Of a DNA stretch of 64,000 bases, positions 49,809 to 63,200 are shown piece by piece. Position 1 is the first letter of the stretch; the number at the start of each line of letters is the position of its first letter. The notes beneath the pieces are model-generated. The model was given only the letters and a program-made list of their open reading frames with translations. It was not told where the DNA came from and did no database searches. Source of the DNA: Trichosphaerium sp. ATCC 40318 (taxonomy: Eukaryota; Protista; Tubulinea); the NCBI GenBank assembly GCA_038496445.1, contig JALMLS010000537.1, positions 1 through 64,000 on the forward strand, read 5' to 3'. The position numbers and the translations under genes are program-made.

Positions 49809-52800
49809 ATGTCGCAACCGATAAACCGGACAGATATGCTATTGCTGAGCGCAGGTACGAGCTTTTTTCCCTAGATTCCGATTAATATTCATCCTCACGG
49901 TACTGTAGCGCGTACCGGGGATATAACAAGTATCAACGCGCTTGTTAAACGTGGTGCAAGAGTAAATGCTCAGAATAAACTCGGATGGACTGCACTGAAC
50001 GCTGCAGGTACGAAAACAAACCGGTATTACTCTTTCCAACTAACGCTTCACGTGATTAGCCGACTACGGAAAGAAAGGCGCGATAAACGCTTTGATTTCT
50101 TCAGGAGCTAATGTACATATTGGTGATAACCAAGGGTGGACACCGCTTCACCGTGCAGGTAATAACGTCAATTTTCTGAACATCTATAAAAGATCTTTTG
50201 ATTGATGTTTTAAAAACGTTTCTCCACGTTTTTTTGTGTATTTTTTTTTTAGGATTCTTAGCCGTTCTTAGACCTAACAACATCTGTAGCGTTAAAAGGA
50301 CACGATAAAGCTGTTAAATCACTTATTGAAGCAGGTGCTTGGCCTAATTGTGTTGAAGAAAACGGCAAATCAGCTGTGCATTTAGCAGGTCAGTTGTTTA
50401 TTATTTAAAGTTGGAAGAATTTTAACTTTTTTTTACAGCTGCTGGAGGTTACACTGACATTCTATCACAATTACTTAGTGCTGGCGGTAATCCAGATATT
50501 AGAGATAAATGCCATAGGTCACCAGCTCATCTAGCAGGTACTAGTCGGCCATTATTTTAAATCATTCAAAAAAATACATACATTTTAAACAATAATAGCA
50601 AAGTTTGGCAATGCTTCGTCACTTGAGTTGCTTTATCGGCATAATTCCCCTATGGATATTTTAGATAAATTAGGGAACACACCTTTACACATGGCAGGTA
50701 CGTCTAAGAAAAAAGAAATCACGTGCAGAAATTATACGTGAACCAACAAAAAACATTATTTTCTGTACTATTTTTTTGTTTTTTATTTCATTTCTTACGT
50801 TCTCCTTATTAGCTGAGGAAGGAAACTTAAATGTTGTGAAAGTACTTATAAAATGTGATGTTAATCTTAATATACAAAACAAACTAAAGTGCACACCATT
50901 GCACCTAGCAGGTAACCTCAACCAACCCGGCGATAGCTCAGTTTTTTTATTATTTTGGTATTTTTACAAAATCCGTTGATGTTCATTTATATTAGTGAGA
51001 AATGGTTATTTACGGATTGTACAGGCATTAATTGCTTCTGGTGCGAAAGTAGAAATAAAAAATAAGTTGAAGAGAACACCACTTGATCAAGTCGGTACGT
51101 GAAACCCTGTTTTTCTACAACTACACGCCTTTTTCTTATTTTCTGTGAATTAGCTTCCTCTGTACAATGCACGGACGTCATGGTATCTATGGCTAGACTC
51201 CTTTATATTGGAGGAGCCTCATGGAAAGTTCCTGTAAACGATCAAGATCAGCTACTATGGTGGCAACACCTCAAGTCATTTGTACGTCTTTTTCTTTGAT
51301 GATTTTTGTCTTGCTTACTCCTACTACAAGACATATAAACAAATGCGTGTATTTTTATCAGCTGGCGGTATTTCTATATTCAAGTGGCCTCTTATAAAAC
51401 GACGTGTAGCAACAAAGGGAATGGTAAGAAAAACCATCTTTTTCTTTCTTTTTTTTTTTTTTTTCATGTCTCACGTGCTTTATTAACAGATTGGCCTTCC
51501 ATTTCATAAACACCTTGTACGCCGAAAAAACTCTCTGCCTAAGAATTCTTTTTTCAGTATCCTAATACACTTGTCTATTGTAGATTAGTGTTATGCATGA
51601 TGCTGAAATAAACCCTTATAATGACTGGGACTTTAAACGATTTTATGAAGTACCTTGGAATCTATGTCTTCGTGCACATGCACTTGAATGGGCTTGGAGC
51701 TCTTTTAAACTTATTAAACACCCTACGAATTTCAAGTACGTTAATTGATAAACAAATAAATAAACACGTGACCACGTGTTTCACACGCACAATTTATTTT
51801 TAACCCCAACAATGAGATTGACTTTTTTTTTTCTTTTAGAACTTACAACTTGATGCAGTGTAAGCAAGCAGCTTCTAAGAACCTCAGTAGTATGACAAGT
51901 CTTTTTCATAAATTGAAAGGCGCAGATAAATATAATATAAAGAATGCAACATGGGTTCATAATCATCACATGAGCAAGAGTTTCCAGAGGTTCAAGATTG
52001 GTTTCGAAGCAAGAATTTCGTAAGTTCTTATGTTCTTAGTTCAAATCTCTTTCGCTTTTTCCTATCCATTGACACTCTATCTCTACACATGCTTTATGTG
52101 TTGGTGCTCGTACAAGCTTTAAACTCGTATTCCTGAAAACCATTCGACGGGCACTCTTTTTGTTTATCCATACACACTTAACTCAAACATTCCTTAAGCG
52201 CTGCACCTGAGCATTTTGCAAAGAATGAATGGAAGAATTCGCTAAAAGTATCAGAGAAAGATAAAGTTATGGATTACTACAAAAAGTATGTAAACAAATT
52301 TGCTTGGAATGATACAACCGATGAAGAATCAGTAAGTTTTGAGTTTTTTGAGTAAAAAAATTTGTTAATTTCTTTTAGCTTCCGGTTATTTTGATGGCAC
52401 GTGGAACAACACGAGAAAATGTACCTAAAATATTATCAACAGGTATTTTTTTGTAATCCAGTGTGTTGTATTAAGCTCTATATTAAGGGTTTGGTTCAGT
52501 TGCTGATGATGAGAACTTTAATTTTACTGTTCGTGTTATTGTTTTTTGTCAAATCTTGACTTGTTGTTGACGGCTAGTTTAGACTCACGTGGAATACGCA
52601 TGTAAAAATATCAAAGAAGGTGTTCCCGTTATCATAATATGTGCAGTTATTCCAGGCAATGTGTACCCAGTAAGTGCTTGGAAGGATAAAGAAACTAAAT
52701 AGTTAGTCAAAGATTTATTTGTACTAGGTCCTCAAAGACTCTGATGAGAGTAATACTGTTGCATGTGCTGTACAGCAACAAGAAATACTAAGACTTGGAT

Positions 52801-53060
52801 CAGCGATACCTAGAGGATATCAATCACAATACACTTACGGTATGTGACTTAGCGAGAGCCAGACATTTAAATGACTAAATTTTAAAAAAAATAGCTGAGA
52901 AACGTGTTAATGTTGACGATCATGACAAGCACGCACATTCTTCTTATGATACAATGTCTCTCCTTCAAGGTACATTAAATATTATTTGCTACAATTTAAT
53001 TGTATCCTAGATGATCAAGCGCTTCCTTTGTGGGTTCTTGAAGTTACCAAAAAAAAATAA
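49809..53060 (+). CDS. Ankyrin-repeat protein (~8 repeats) with a C-terminal degenerate PARP-like ADP-ribosyltransferase domain
   Basis: One repeat per exon (GWTPLHRA|A, GNTPLHMA|A etc.). The C-terminus reads LPVILMARGTTRENVPKILSTGFGSVA…THVEYA…IIICAVIPGNVYPV…GYQSQY…YDTMSLLQDDQALPLWVLE. Confidence 0.75.
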
Positions 53061-53233
53061 TCAGAACAAAAAATCTATAAAATACAATCGTCATTATGGC
53101 TAAGATAGCCACTTTACTCCGGTGGCATTCGATAATAAATACCGCGTTGCATCTAGCTCTAAACTTATTCAATTTGCTTTTTGAAAGGATTTAACTTGAA
53201 GCGCATGATGAGTCCAACTTCACATTATTTGTA

Positions 53234-54062
53234 TCAAAAAACAACTGTGTTCATTTCAACATCATACTCATCTACAGGTACTTTGTCTACTATCTGCTCT
53301 TTAAAACATATTCCCATAAGCTTTGGCTTTGGCCAGTTATTTTTTGAAGCAACATCGAAGTACTTAGACAGCCATCTATACGAGTTAATTGATGTGAATG
53401 AAAAAAGAATTTTGATTAAAAAAGTACCTATCATAGTAACCTTTGCCTCGTCCCAAACGTCTATTACCACTATCAAAAGCCAACCCAGGCACTATTATAA
53501 GATCTACTGGGTGTTTATAATCCAATGCATTATCTCTAGGGACTCCTGGAGAGACTTCTGGCTTAGGTTCGCTAAAACATGTCAAAACAAAATTTTACGG
53601 GTTTTTTCAGAAGTTTGTACGGAATGCCCCAACGGTTGATCTCAAATGACTTGTAATCAGCTACACTATTAATACGATAGAAATTAAGATCAGTTGGACT
53701 CTCTATAAGTGGAACAAAGACTGTTTTGCCGGATTCTACAGGAAATCGTTTAATCGCTTATAATATGATTTAAAAACCAGCGCAGACTTATTCACTACGC
53801 ATGGAACGGCCATTAAAGCACTTTTGGCTGAATACAAGAAAATTGATAACTAACCTGACGCTAATATTTCTTCGAGTATTCTGTTCGTAGGTACTTCAAC
53901 AGGCATAGAGACGTAACAAACGATAACTTTACTGTCTTTAAACTCTTTTGAACTGAGTATTTTAGTTTGAAGCTCATTGCCTTGTTTTTCAATATCCGAT
54001 GGTGTCAATCCCTTCAAACGCTTCCTTACTTGCTTGCGAAGCGCTCTCTTTGCCACACGCAT
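53234..54062 (-). CDS. MTHFS: 5-formyltetrahydrofolate cyclo-ligase
   Basis: [37 protein letters not shown]|[28 protein letters not shown] and [13 protein letters not shown]. Confidence 0.92.
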
Positions 54063-54450
54063 GATTTCAACGTTTGATGCGAAAAATACTGTTGTGGAAA
54101 TGAGCTGACTCGGAAAGCAGTGACCGCCAGCCCGCAAATCCATATAATCAAAGTCTACCAAAATCTGTGCGACCACTGTCCCAGATGCTGTTGCACGCTC
54201 TGTCGCCCACACGCACAATTGGTTACAAATATTGACAAACTGGACAAACTGCCTGTATCTCATTTTTTTCCGGTGAAGTTTATAGCTTCCAGTTTTACCA
54301 GCAGCCAACATACCCTGTAAAATACTTTGTATTGCTACAGTTTACATAAATATTTGCTTACAGTACACATTGGCCTTGGGTGCTTGTAACAAACAAAAAA
54401 AAAAAGAAAAAAATTCGGAGAAGTCAATATTTCTCAATACTCGCATTCAA

Positions 54451-57301
54451 TCATACAACCCTCTTTTTATTTTTTTTTTTCTTTGTACTCTTTTTCTTCT
54501 TTTTTGGAGGAAGTAATGGAGGTTCTGGTGGATTATAAGGTTTGTTTGGATCAAAAAAGTATACAGAATTCCACAAATCATCAAGCTCATCTACAACCAT
54601 ACCAACAGTCAAGTTTTTAGCTACAAACTCGAATAACAAGTAACAATCACTGTACATAACAGACATTATCTTACCACTTGCATCTTTACCTTGCCATTCA
54701 AGTAATTGACCTTTTCTTCCTCCATCAAATAAAACTGTTTGGGTTTTTATATTCTCTGAAGAAACACCTGTTGATGTTTGTTCTAGTTGCTTTCTTACAA
54801 GCTCTACAAGATTAGGAGCTACACCTGATCTCATAGGATCATCTGATATTGTTGTTAATGCACTTTCTTGAGCAGTCAAAGGTTGAAAACAAATCTTTCC
54901 ATCCATGTCTCCTGCAAGTCTAAAATAGCTTGGATTGAATGTTACACCCCAACCGTTTTGTATTGATTCTATTTTATGATAAGGCACTCTATCAATCCTA
55001 AATAAAACAGAATACGTCAGTAACACATAAAAAAAAAACTGAAAAAGACAAAAAATGAAATTCTCGTTTTTTTCTCAAAACTCCGAGCAAAAAAAGAAAT
55101 CCTTGTTCAGTGAGCACAAAAATTATTCTTGTTGCAGAAGAGCTATCAAGCTCGATGCTCGTAATTTCAAGAATAACGAATGTCTTGTTTTGGTGATAAA
55201 AACTGATAACCACGTCCCGAAATAAAACATAAAAAAAACAAGAAAAAAATTACGTACTCTTTTAGTGTTTTAGCATCTCCAATAACTAATGATGCAAGAA
55301 ATCTATCAAAAACCTATATACATACGTAAGAGATATGTATAATAAAAAGTAACAATATCTCATACCGCCAAGTATCTCTCTGCAAACAGTATCCGCCTAT
55401 CATATGAGAAAACAAAGCTATAACATTTACTTTTCCTGACAACAACATAACGATCAAAACCAACATCTCCACGATGTCCACGTGCGCGTGCGTGACTTAT
55501 ACCACGTAGTAAAAAACTGCCCTTATTGTTGCCAACGCCTCTAAGTACATCACCTGGTAAACATCTATTGTGAACATCTTCCTACAAAGAAAAAAGGTTT
55601 AACTAATCTGGAAAACATTGTTTAAACTCCAAAAACTCCTACGCCGAATGGTTTTTGTTTGACGTTTCTACTTTGTAGGGATAAGATGATACACAAAGCG
55701 AGTACACTATTTAGGCAAAACGGAGTAGGAAGAAGAATTTCTAGCGCACGTGCAAAAACTTTCTTGAAAGTGGGTTTTTAGTTGGTTTTCTTTTTTGATT
55801 TTGTTGTTATGTATCTTTGTTTTATCAATACGTACTGGTGTATAAGCCTTCCATCCTTTTTCTACAGCTACAGATATTTGTAGTGCAAGTTTCCTTCCTT
55901 TAACCACGTCATTGAAAGTAAAACGTGTTTGATTAACATCTAATAACTCAATTAGATTTAAATGTATTAGCGGTTACATCACTCATTAATATTACGCTCT
56001 CATACGTGAAAAGCATTGGTAACAAAATTAGGAAAATACTCTGAGTGTAAGAGAGATTTTTTCGATGGAGGTAGAAACCAAAACAAAAAAATTCGGAAGA
56101 AGAGCTTCGATTTTTTACCACTGTCTTTTGATGGTCGCCAAGATACTGGTAGCCACATGGCAAGTTGATGAGTTTGTATGTCATATGGTGTGTAATATTG
56201 CATATTTAGTTTTCTTCTTCCTAGAGCCACAGTGTAAGAGTTTCATCCAAAAAAAATAAAAAGATATCAAATTATGTACCTGGCTTGAATGTGCTAACCA
56301 TTTGATCCACAATTGCTTTATACTGGCTTTGCATATCTAAAGGATAAACACACTCTAATTTATATCCAATTGCATTATCTAACACATCATTAAATCACTC
56401 ACGCATTCATGAAAAAATCAGAACTTCTACTCAAAAAAATAAAAAAATACCTACCTTGAACTGTAAGCATTTGAAGTTTACTAAGCTTTATAGGTCCTCC
56501 TTTACTACCTTCATCTTGATGACTAATCTACAGTGTACATATTAAGCATACTTATAACAACTGAAAGCAATACATATGTTAAATAAACCACACGAACGTC
56601 CACATTAAATTCCAAAAAAAAAATACAAAAAAAAATCATACCGTATTTAATAGCCTCTTTGCAGGCAAGTCTTGTAATTTTACTGTCTTCCACGTTGGCC
56701 TTGTGCCTGTATTTTCCTCCCATAAATCAGAGTGAATATTGGCGTAAGCGTCGAGTGATACTGGACTGTCATCTTCACAAAATTCTTCGAGCTGTAAATT
56801 GAATATTGGCGTGGAAGGAGTGAATATCTGATCTTTCACTTCGGAATAGAGTTAGAATCAACGAACAACGAGAAAAGTGCGATGAGACGCGTAGTAAACT
56901 AAGGTTCTGTAGCGTGGGAGTAATAGGAAGGCTTGTAGTCAAATTCAGGTTTTACAGTTTTAAAACTGCGTAAAAGCGGTGATGTATTTGCGTAAAATAC
57001 TATTGTTATCACTGTATGCATAGTTCCAGCGTACATAACGCAATTGGGCGGGTTTTGTTCATAAAGCTTAACACGTACTTGCAACGCTTTTCACTTCATT
57101 AATAGGCGCAATAGTGAGGCTTTTAGCGTTTTTGGCAAATAAAGTCCATTCTAAAGGATACTTTATCGTGTAACCCCACTCGCTCTCTTTGTAGGTCTTC
57201 CAAGTCTCATCAATGAATAGAGGCGTTCCTGGCTGCTTTAGAAACAATATAAGATATGAACCTATCCGTACGCGTGTGAAACGATCGTTTGGGCCTTTCA
57301 T
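54451..57301 (-). CDS. Multi-exon protein with repeated PsbP/Mog1-like domains and a Pro/Lys-rich tail
   Basis: WKTYKESEWGYTIKYPLEW, YDIQTHQLAMWLPVSW and NGWGVTFNPSYF begin three similar units that end …VDQMVSTFK / …LDDLWNSVYF. The family call is tentative. Confidence 0.45.
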
Positions 57302-57451
57302 ACGCTATGCGACTTGGGCGGGATGTTTTTACACATTGACAACTGAGTTCACGCCAAACTTTCATTATAAACCCATATTATGTACTATACATCCCTTACG
57401 GCGTTTTATTTGGCTGTGGAACAACGCAAGAAAAATTAAAAATGTTGACTT

Positions 57452-59595
57452 TTAGATTTTGCTCTCCGCGGTTTTGATGGCACCGTCTTCCTCTTCTAGT
57501 GAATCGTCCTTCAATAGTTCGTCTACATCTAGCTTCGCATCTTCTGGTAGAAGAATAATATCGTCGTCTTCGTTGTAATCACCTTCTGATGAAGCAGACG
57601 CGGTACTAGCATCTTTCAATGCGTCTACGTCGTTTTCAGCTTCAATTGTGGCTTCTGCTACAAAAATGCATTAGTTCCTAGTTTCGTACTTTCCTCACGT
57701 TTTTTGGTAGTAATAGCCTCAGGAATTTCTTCGTTGGAGAGTAAGAGCGCTACAAAATCCCTTGCAAATTTCCACGCTAAATTACGTTAATTCTCGCGTC
57801 AAGGGGCATTAATACGTGCCATCCCCTGCCCATCTAGCACTAAGATAGTTGCGGTGTAGGTGCGTGAACGATGAGTCTACAGAGCAAGATGTACCTACAG
57901 AAAATTAGTTAAACTCCAACGTAACAATTTCTTGATAAAAAAAAATTACCACGTGAAACAGCAAGCGCAAATGGTCCTGGTTTGAACTGATCAGGATTCT
58001 TAAGTGCATTGGTTACAACATCTTGAACATGTTCGTCGTATGTACGATAGTGTTGGCCATTACTCCACTTTGTAACTAAGTGTAAAGTCGTTTCCATTTT
58101 CTGCAAACAATTTAGAAAAAAAAAATTCAGTTAACATTTATGCTCACTTGAGGAAACGCAGTTGTTTCTCTATCGTATAGAATTGACTTCTCTGATCCGT
58201 CAACTATCGTATTCGCTAGCAATACCACTCCTAGTGACGTATTAGATCAGCATGGATAAGTTTAAGTACCTCTAGAAATTGCGCCAACTTTCTTATTACT
58301 TTCAAAAAACTCCGCCACTTTCCGTTGTAGTAACGAACTATCCAACATTTGTTTCATACCAGGACCATGTCCACCTGGTATTATAACACCTAGCATATAA
58401 TTTAATACATGCCATTTTTTTCCAAATCACGTGATGGTACCATCAAACTCGTCTGGTTTAATACTGTCCCAAGTGGTAGGATGACTGTACTCATCTGATT
58501 TTGTCATTTCTGAAAATTGTTTTAACAATGCCTATTAATCAGCGCACTTACCATAGTAGTATAGTTTAGCGTCTCCTGTAGAACCTATATATGTAATGAA
58601 TGGTACGAACATACTTTTAATTATAGTCATACCGATAGGGCCAATGGGTATTGATTTTTTAGAAGTCAACAAAGGATCTCCAACTAGAAATAGTACTCTT
58701 AGTTTATACTCATCCAACCTTACAAAAAAAAGTGTAACGCACGTGCTATGTTGCCAATATCCGTAGAAAAACTAACTTCAAAGCCGTACATCTTTAATAG
58801 TTTCCAAGGAATAGCCACTAAGGTGTCATTAACCCGATAAAGAGTATCTGAAATGGTTCAATTTACCTTCACATGGGTCGAAATCAATGTCGGGTAATAC
58901 AATCAGTACCCTTTTTTTAGGGATATCATCGATCTAAAAAGGGAGATATGACTTACAGGGCTACAAGTGAGCGTAATTTCATACATATTGGAAGACTTCA
59001 AGAAATGTTTTAATCTGTATTTTATCGCGCATAAACTCGTGTGACCACAGATCTTTAAGGAACGCTTCAAAAGCAGAAGTTCTCGCGTTTGCTTCTTTTC
59101 TTAAAGGTAATGTTGTAAAGGGGTTCCTCCTAGAAGTTGTATAAGAACACTCTCAGCATTGTGTCAGAGGTGTTGCGATAGTTCTTACCTCGGGAACACT
59201 TTAATAGATTGTAGGCTAGGATAATCGCGTTTTAACTAATGAATGGCATTTAGTAGTGATAACAAGGCTGCCGCAGGCGAAAGAGGTATTTTACCCATTT
59301 AAACAGCTCCTTGAATTGAGAGAATCTCCTTTTAACTGTCCAGCTGTATTAAAACAGTGTAAATATACAAGATTTGTTTGTTGGGTATTTATCACACGTG
59401 CCTCGATACGCCGTATGACAATTTTATTATATAAAGCTGTAGAATGTTTAGAGAGGAATAAACAAGTTTGCTACTTAAAACGTTGCGTACAGCCACTGGT
59501 TTTGTGCTTATTTCTTTTGTAATTTCTACTTCATCTTCGATAGATATCTGAAGATCATGGACAGAAATAGGTCCGTCGCTCTCTTGCATCGCCAT
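57452..59595 (-). CDS. PX domain - DJ-1/PfpI (class I glutamine amidotransferase-like) fusion with acidic tail
   Basis: PX: LYIIKLSYG…WTVKRRFSQFKELFKWLKRDYP…FPRR…RTSAFEAFLKDL…IKTFLE. PfpI: VLIVLPDIDFDPCEVAIPW, FDGVIIPGGHGPGMKQMLDS, KVGAISRG and NYLSARWAGDA. Confidence 0.8.
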
Positions 59596-60241
59596 ATTTG
59601 TGACGTTACTTGCTATTAATAATTCGGGAAGGAAAATCACGTGTTGACACAACTTTGACTGTTGGTTTTTGTAGCTTTACAGCGTTCGCAGTTAGGAGCA
59701 AACACCATAAACCGCTCATAGTCGAGCTAGTAAGTATTCTCTGTAAGTGGGTTTGAGATTAATCAACTTGCTGAAAGCAATTCAGGCAACTGTTTACGGA
59801 CGTTGTTCATTAGTTATAAATGATCAAATTTTGGAACTAACTGGTTATTTGATGGTAAGAAATAACGTTAAAACTCTCGTACAGGTACTTGTAACATACG
59901 TTGTTAATATTTTACGGCCGTGACGCGGGTGAACAAAGCGCTAATGTGAAGAAGATGTTTATGAAATCCGCAAAACGACTATAAATACTCTATATCTCCT
60001 TTACTACGCTCAAATAGTCACTTTTAGCTGATACCGACTTGTCATTATCTTCGACATGACAGTTATAGTCAAGGACCAGACAACAGTACTCCTGAAGATG
60101 CACAAGAAGAGGGAGAAGAATACCGACATGAGGAAGGGCCGTTGAATGTTGCAAACAAGTTTAAATCGAACTCAAAAGTGTCAGCGTTGATTTTTTTCTG
60201 ACTTTGAACAACACGTAAAAAACTCGTTAAATTTCACAACA

Positions 60242-63200
60242 ATGGCAACGAAACACGGTTGTATTTATGTACTATTGTGCTTGGCAATATTCGCACAGAC
60301 CTCTGTGGGCTTTAGAAACATAACTATCGGTAACTAGTCCTTTTTTTCTCAAAGAACTTTTGCATTTTTTTTTCTCGCTAGAGACATGCTTTTTACTGAC
60401 GTTGTGTTCGTTTATAGCTGCTGCAATTAACTGGAGAAACGCACACAAAGCAGTGTACGCTTTTAGAATATCATATAAAGCTAATAGCGTAGCGATTCTT
60501 GAACTGGAAAAGGCCAAAAGCGCCTTTTTTTTTCATTTCGCTTTCGCTTTTTTTGCGTTTTTAGTTTTCGTTTTCGTTTTGTTTTACGTTTTTGGGTGTT
60601 GTTGTACCCTTTTTTGGTTATCACCTACTACAACATACGTATGTAAACACATCATATAATTGCGTATCGCATGTTTTTGTACGTATTTACGAAAACTCTA
60701 GAGCAATTTTTGAATACTTTGAGCGTTGGATGGTAGATAACGATAAATTAATAGATATAAACGGAGAAAAGGTTGGCTTTCATTTTGAGTACGTAGTCAC
60801 GCATTTTTACGTGTCGTTGCCTTTTTTGGAAAGTTTCCGGTTTTGTCGCAAAAACTGGTTATCTTGGGACAAATGCTCCTTTTACGTAACCTCTATCGAG
60901 GGGATGTATTTTGAGCGCTGAAGTAGAAAGTTATGCATTTGGCGCACTTCGCCTTAAAAATCTGCTTCCTGTTAGGCTGTGTTACATTGTATCTATTATC
61001 GTATTCAAATTCGGGTCTACCTTTTCCCAAGAACCGCGTAAAAAGTTTTTTTTGTTTGTTTTTCGTTTTTCGTTTCTACAAGCGTTCGAACTCAACCTTT
61101 GCTTGAATTAACACGAACTCAACCTAAAAATGGATTTTGGAAACTTTCGGGTTCATAAGTTTCATGCTACTACACAGTAGCAACCTTTTCTTAAAAAGCG
61201 ATAACTAGTATCCACTAGTACTAGTATTTAAGCTCCATTCTTGATATGGAATTACATCCTTCCTTTTCGAGACCTCAAAACATGGCCTGTTTACCATTTT
61301 AAATATTTCGCCTTTTTCCAGGACTTTGCTTTTCTAGCCTAATTTCTCTTTTCAGCGTTACCATCGGGCACAATCAGACCTTTACAAATGAACTGTATCG
61401 AGGATACATGGCTGATCCGTCAGTATCATTATTAATGGGCCCACAGTCCGATCAAACTGCAGGGGTATTAGAGATGACAGAGAGGGAGGGTAGATTATTA
61501 GTAAGCATCGGAAACGCTGCAAATGCAGCTGTAGCTGGTAGCAACCTTGCATTATCTGTTGGTAGTGCTGCTGAGTACTCTTTTTTTACATCTCTGGCTT
61601 CACTACGTGTTGCTGGTATTAAGACTATTTCGATATTCACAGGAGGTGATCAAGTTGATATCTTGGCAGACAGGTAAGTAATCTTTTTTTTTTTTTGGAA
61701 AGTCTGAAACTAATTTCTTTTCTACAGGTGTAGATCTGAGGCTCTGAGAAGCGAATTACTGATTCAAGGATTTGAAATCAAAGGAGACTATACACTTGGA
61801 ATCTGTACGGCTTTTTTTTGACAATCTTTCACGCCAAGACTTGTTGCTCGGTCGTTTTTTTTGTTTTTGACAAAGCTATTTATTTTCTTGGACTATGAAA
61901 ATGTTAACTTGTTGTTTTAGTGCCTATCTCACCGTATTTATATGTCTCAACACTATACACGGAAATGCCAGAAGAATTTGTAGCTAATGCTACAGCAACA
62001 GCACATCTCGCAATGGAGGCTGATTCTGATGCTTGGTACCTCCAATTTTTTTCAAATGAGCCCTTTTAACTTCTTAACACTTTCTGCTAGGCTTGTTTGT
62101 AGTGCTGCTATTGATGTTGTTGGTGCTTTAATGAGCGCAGCACGTGAAGTAGATTACACACCAAGATATGTAGCGATACCTGAGTACCACGCAGGAGTGC
62201 CTGCTTATGATCAGAAGTTATGGCATTACGTATCAGGAAACTCTCAGTATCATCCTGGTATGGCTTTTCCTACTACCAGAGAGCTTGGTACATGGACAGA
62301 GTTCTTAGATGCTATGACTGAGTTGTTTAATGGCGAAGATATCAGTTTCCAGAGTTCTTACAATGCTGCTCTGTTTGTTATGTATAAACAAGCAATTGAG
62401 TCGGCAATAGCTAAGTATGGATCTGCAGTAGTGGTTCGTGATTGCTCATTTTCGTCAGTTTTTTTTTTTGGTTTTTCTTCTTGCTCACGTGTTTGTTTTT
62501 GTTTTAGCTTGATGACAATTCGAAGCTTCAACTAGTTGGGGTTAATTCTACTTCCGGTAGTTGCGGTAGCAAGACTGTACGACGCCAGGGTTTTTTTACA
62601 AAGCGAGATTCTAACCGCAACGTGTAGATTGACGAAGTACTTTACTCGTACATATACAAGGAAAAGTTTTCCACCATCTCTGGTCAGTACTCTTGGAGTT
62701 CAAACTCTGTACAACAACATGATTGGTTGCATGTTCAAATTCAAAATGAGGGAGAAGCAACACTTATTGGCACGTTTCTTTTCTCTGTTGTTTTATTTTC
62801 TTTCTCATTTTCTTTTTCTAGGTCCACAACAAACTAAAACATCTGATTTGATATACCCAATGCCTAAATGGCATGAACGTATATTCAAAGTTGAGTACGG
62901 TACGCTGCATTGTCATTGTTAAATTGATTTAATAAATCTAATCTTATTTTTTTCTCAAACAGGCCATTGGTCAGAAATATTGGTTACAGTTGTTGCCATT
63001 ATCTTTTTTATAATCAATATTGGATGGGCAATATTTTTACCATTGAATATGACAAACAAAAGAGTCAAGGCACGTGTTAATACAAAGTTATTTTAAAATA
63101 CTTGCGAATGAAATATCTCGTTTTTCTTATTTACTTTTATAGGCTTCTTCTCCTTTATTTATGGGTCTCATGCTTGTTGGTAGTTCTCTATTGTATGCTT

